A DNA stretch of 64,000 bases from Acidimicrobiia bacterium. Lineage in GTDB: Bacteria > Actinomycetota > Acidimicrobiia > Spongiisociales > UBA5794. A program made the translations under genes and the position numbers. Shown here in pieces: positions 61,021-64,000 of this stretch (its first letter is position 1; each line of letters opens with the position of its first letter). The notes beneath the pieces are model-generated. The model did not search any database, had not been told where the DNA came from, and was given only the letters and a program-made list of their open reading frames with translations. The stretch lies in contig QJWC01000116.1 of NCBI GenBank assembly GCA_003235475.1, positions 29-64,028 on the forward strand. Reading direction: 5' to 3'.

Positions 61021-62988
61021 TCAGACGACGCCTGAAACCAGCAGCAGCATCATCAGGACCACGAGGTAGAGGATCGTTCCCCCTCCGACGACGACCCCTC
61101 GAATGAACGCGGGGATAGATGACTTCCCGAACGCGAAGTACGCCATCACGCCGACGATCGGGACGAGCAGGATCACGAGGAACCAGAGGATGAACATCCC
61201 TTTGGACATCTCGTCCTGGCGTCGGACCATGTCCCATATGGCAAGCGCGATCCATGCACCCACGAGCGCGAGTGGCAGGAAGTAGGCCCACAGGCTCATG
61301 ACGAAGGTCCAGAAGGTGGGCTGTGTGACGGGTACTCCTGACACGAAGATCTCCTTGCTCCGGATCTCGACGCCCGCCGGGAGAGCTGGCGTCTCGATCG
61401 CGTCCAGATCGGGTTTCACGAAGACGTTGAACGCTGGTTGAACTGTTGCCGAGGCGGACGACGGCATCACTTCCTGCGGATCGGGGGCTGGCCAGTCGCG
61501 GTGGTCGCCTCCCTCGGGGAAGCCGGCCGCGCTGTCCGCGAATACGCCTGCGAGGTAGAGCGGGGTGGCGAGGTCGAGTTGGAACGGCAGGTTGATGCCC
61601 GAACATGAGTGGTAGAGCGTCAGCAGCGGGGGAGTGGCCCAACTGTCGATGAGGTTGCCCTCGAAGCAGTTCCCCTGGCTCGGCGGCCCGACGAGGCCGA
61701 GGTCAGCGGCGCCCGACCCGGTGACGGTGTTGTTCCTCACGATGTTGTTCTTCGCAAGCCAGATGGTGTCGTCCGGCAGGAGGTTCGTGACGATGCCCCA
61801 GCGGTCGTGGTTGACGACGAGGTTCTTCTCTGCGATGTCGCCCTCTCCGCCTGCGAGGATGATGCCCTGCCCGATCGCGAGCCGTGCGAAGCCCTTCGTT
61901 GGGACGTCGTACCCGTTGTTGTCCATGACGAGGTTTCCGCCGATGTACACCTCGCGGTGCGGCGGGTAGAGCTCAGAGTCGAGAGAGTTGGGCGCGACGC
62001 CTCCCATGTTGCCGACGAACTCGTTGTTGATCAGGTAGAGATCCCCGCCTGCATTCGTTCCGGAGTATCCGAGGCCGTTCTCGAACGACACAGAGTTCTG
62101 GATGATGGCGTTGCACGGATAGCACTGGCCGATGTACAGACCGCTGTCGTGGTTCCCCTTCGCGTAGACGTGGTCGAACAGGCCGTCGACGGAGTCGAAC
62201 GCGTAGATCCCGTAGTCACCGTTGTTGTAGGCGGTCACGTACGAAGCGCGATACCCGGTGACGCCCGTCCAGTAGAACCCGTTGACCTCGTAGTTGCGCG
62301 CCGACATGTTCTCGATGGCAACGGCATCAGCTACGACATGGAACCCGTTGGACAGCTCGAAGCCCCCATCGACGATCGTCTCGTTCCGATCCTCACCGCG
62401 GATGACGAGGGACGGCGTGCGAACTGTGACGCCCTCGTGGTACACGCCCTTACGGATGAAGACGAGGTCGCCTGGCGAGGTCGCGTCGACGCCTTCCTGG
62501 ATCGTGGCGTAGTCGTCAGGGATCGTGATCGTGTTGCCGGACCACGCGTCGACCGGCTCGACGTCGTTCGCCTCGGGGATCTCGTAGTCGGGCACGTCTC
62601 CCACGACGATGTAACCGGCCATTCCGCCGCCCTCGGCGTCACCGTGGAAGGAGCAGAAGTAGGGGTAGACGCCCGGCTCGACGAAGGTTCGCTCGTAGCG
62701 GTCGTTGCGCTCCATCACCGTGTCGGACTGCCAGGTACCGTCTGCGGCGAAGACATTGTGGGGGTTGTCGCCGACCATCTTCCACTCGACGGTGTCGCCC
62801 GGATCGATCTTGACCACGCTTTCGTAGAAGGCGTCGTCGTAACCGAAGATCTCGACCGCATCGGGGTTGGCAGTGGGTGGCGCCCCGGAGTCGCCGCATG
62901 CCGCCACGAGGGTCGACAGCGCAGCGACGCCAACGATCCACAGGCCGACGTGAATCCGGTGTGTCCGTTGGGCTCCCACGGCGGTCAC
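61021..62988 (-). CDS. lipoprotein with cupredoxin domain, parallel beta-helix and C-terminal TM segments
   Basis: LVAACG lipobox; PHNV...YFCSFH...GMAG type-1 Cu-like ligands; Asn/Gly beta-helix repeats; C-terminal WFLVILLVPIVGVMAYF; start approximate. Confidence 0.78.
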   Translation of the reverse strand: MTAVGAQRTHRIHVGLWIVGVAALSTLVAACGDSGAPPTANPDAVEIFGYDDAFYESVVKIDPGDTVEWKMVGDNPHNVFAADGTWQSDTVMERNDRYERTFVEPGVYPYFCSFHGDAEGGGMAGYIVVGDVPDYEIPEANDVEPVDAWSGNTITIPDDYATIQEGVDATSPGDLVFIRKGVYHEGVTVRTPSLVIRGEDRNETIVDGGFELSNGFHVVADAVAIENMSARNYEVNGFYWTGVTGYRASYVTAYNNGDYGIYAFDSVDGLFDHVYAKGNHDSGLYIGQCYPCNAIIQNSVSFENGLGYSGTNAGGDLYLINNEFVGNMGGVAPNSLDSELYPPHREVYIGGNLVMDNNGYDVPTKGFARLAIGQGIILAGGEGDIAEKNLVVNHDRWGIVTNLLPDDTIWLAKNNIVRNNTVTGSGAADLGLVGPPSQGNCFEGNLIDSWATPPLLTLYHSCSGINLPFQLDLATPLYLAGVFADSAAGFPEGGDHRDWPAPDPQEVMPSSASATVQPAFNVFVKPDLDAIETPALPAGVEIRSKEIFVSGVPVTQPTFWTFVMSLWAYFLPLALVGAWIALAIWDMVRRQDEMSKGMFILWFLVILLVPIVGVMAYFAFGKSSIPAFIRGVVVGGGTILYLVVLMMLLLVSGVV

Positions 62989-63129
62989 CCTAGCCACGCA
63001 TGGCCGCGAACGAGGGTCGGGGTCGTCGTCTTGCGGGGTGTCGATTGCGGGCTGATACCCGTATCCTTCGGGGACTTCACTGCCTTGGCAGAAAGACGGA
63101 TTCCCAAGGCGGAAATCCGGGTGGAAGAG

Positions 63130-63158
63130 TTGCACTAACGCCTGCGTTCGTGTACGGT
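63130..63158 (+). promoter_or_regulatory. rRNA operon sigma70-type promoter
   Basis: TTGCAC-N17-TACGGT. Confidence 0.6.
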
Positions 63159-63266
63159 TCCATCTCCGTCGGTCACCGACCGACCGCTGTCGCTTGCTCT
63201 GAGCGACGGTACACTGTGAGGCCCCTGGGCGCATGAATCGCTGTATGCGATGCGCTCTGGAACCGG

Positions 63267-63280
63267 GCTCCTTGACAACT
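63267..63280 (+). promoter_or_regulatory. boxA-like antitermination element of the rrn leader
   Basis: GCTCCTTGACAACT upstream of 16S. Confidence 0.6.
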
Positions 63281-63545
63281 GAACAGTGCGTCGATCGTGC
63301 GCCGAAAGGCGAACGATCGAGATTGACAGGCGTCTGTCGCACGGCCATTCATTCTGGGCGGTCGAACGGCAGACGTAGCAACGTCCATCAGACCGACCGC
63401 TTCGGCGGAAGGAACGATGGTCGTACAAGCCAACGGTCATGCCGTGAAGGGAACCCCGTTCCTGGTATGACCGCATCCTTTTGAGGGATGAAAAACTCCT
63501 GGTCCGCGGACCTCGCGGACACAGGATCGTTCTCATCGAAGAACT

Positions 63546-64000
<455 letters not shown>

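Overview
GC-rich actinobacterial chromosome segment, most likely class Acidimicrobiia (from the 16S 5' end and gene content). It is mostly core genes: the 3' part of dnaE, an ArsA/Get3-like ATPase pair, a long thyX, nth-MATE, ccdA, trpE/C/F/B/A, tRNA-Leu(CAA), polA-rpsA, a Tad/Flp pilus locus with three pilin copies plus a two-component pair, coaE-uvrB-uvrA-MTase-uvrC-rapZ-yvcK, gap-pgk-tpiA-gpmA-secG, a peptide ABC transporter, tRNA-Leu(GAG), a haloalkane dehalogenase, an ECF sigma/TolB-like module, a K+ channel, ligD/ku, a cupredoxin/beta-helix lipoprotein and the start of an rRNA operon. The most unusual element is a non-coding array at 16057-16529: three ~150-bp units downstream of tRNA-Leu(CAA), each bounded by an exact 24-bp copy of the tRNA 3' end, with fixed-length variable blocks between conserved blocks and no integrase nearby. 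Second is the Flp pilin triplication, where copies 2 and 3 both lose their C-terminal tail at essentially the same point (hypervariability or an assembly artefact). All calls come from manual motif recognition; no database searches were run.
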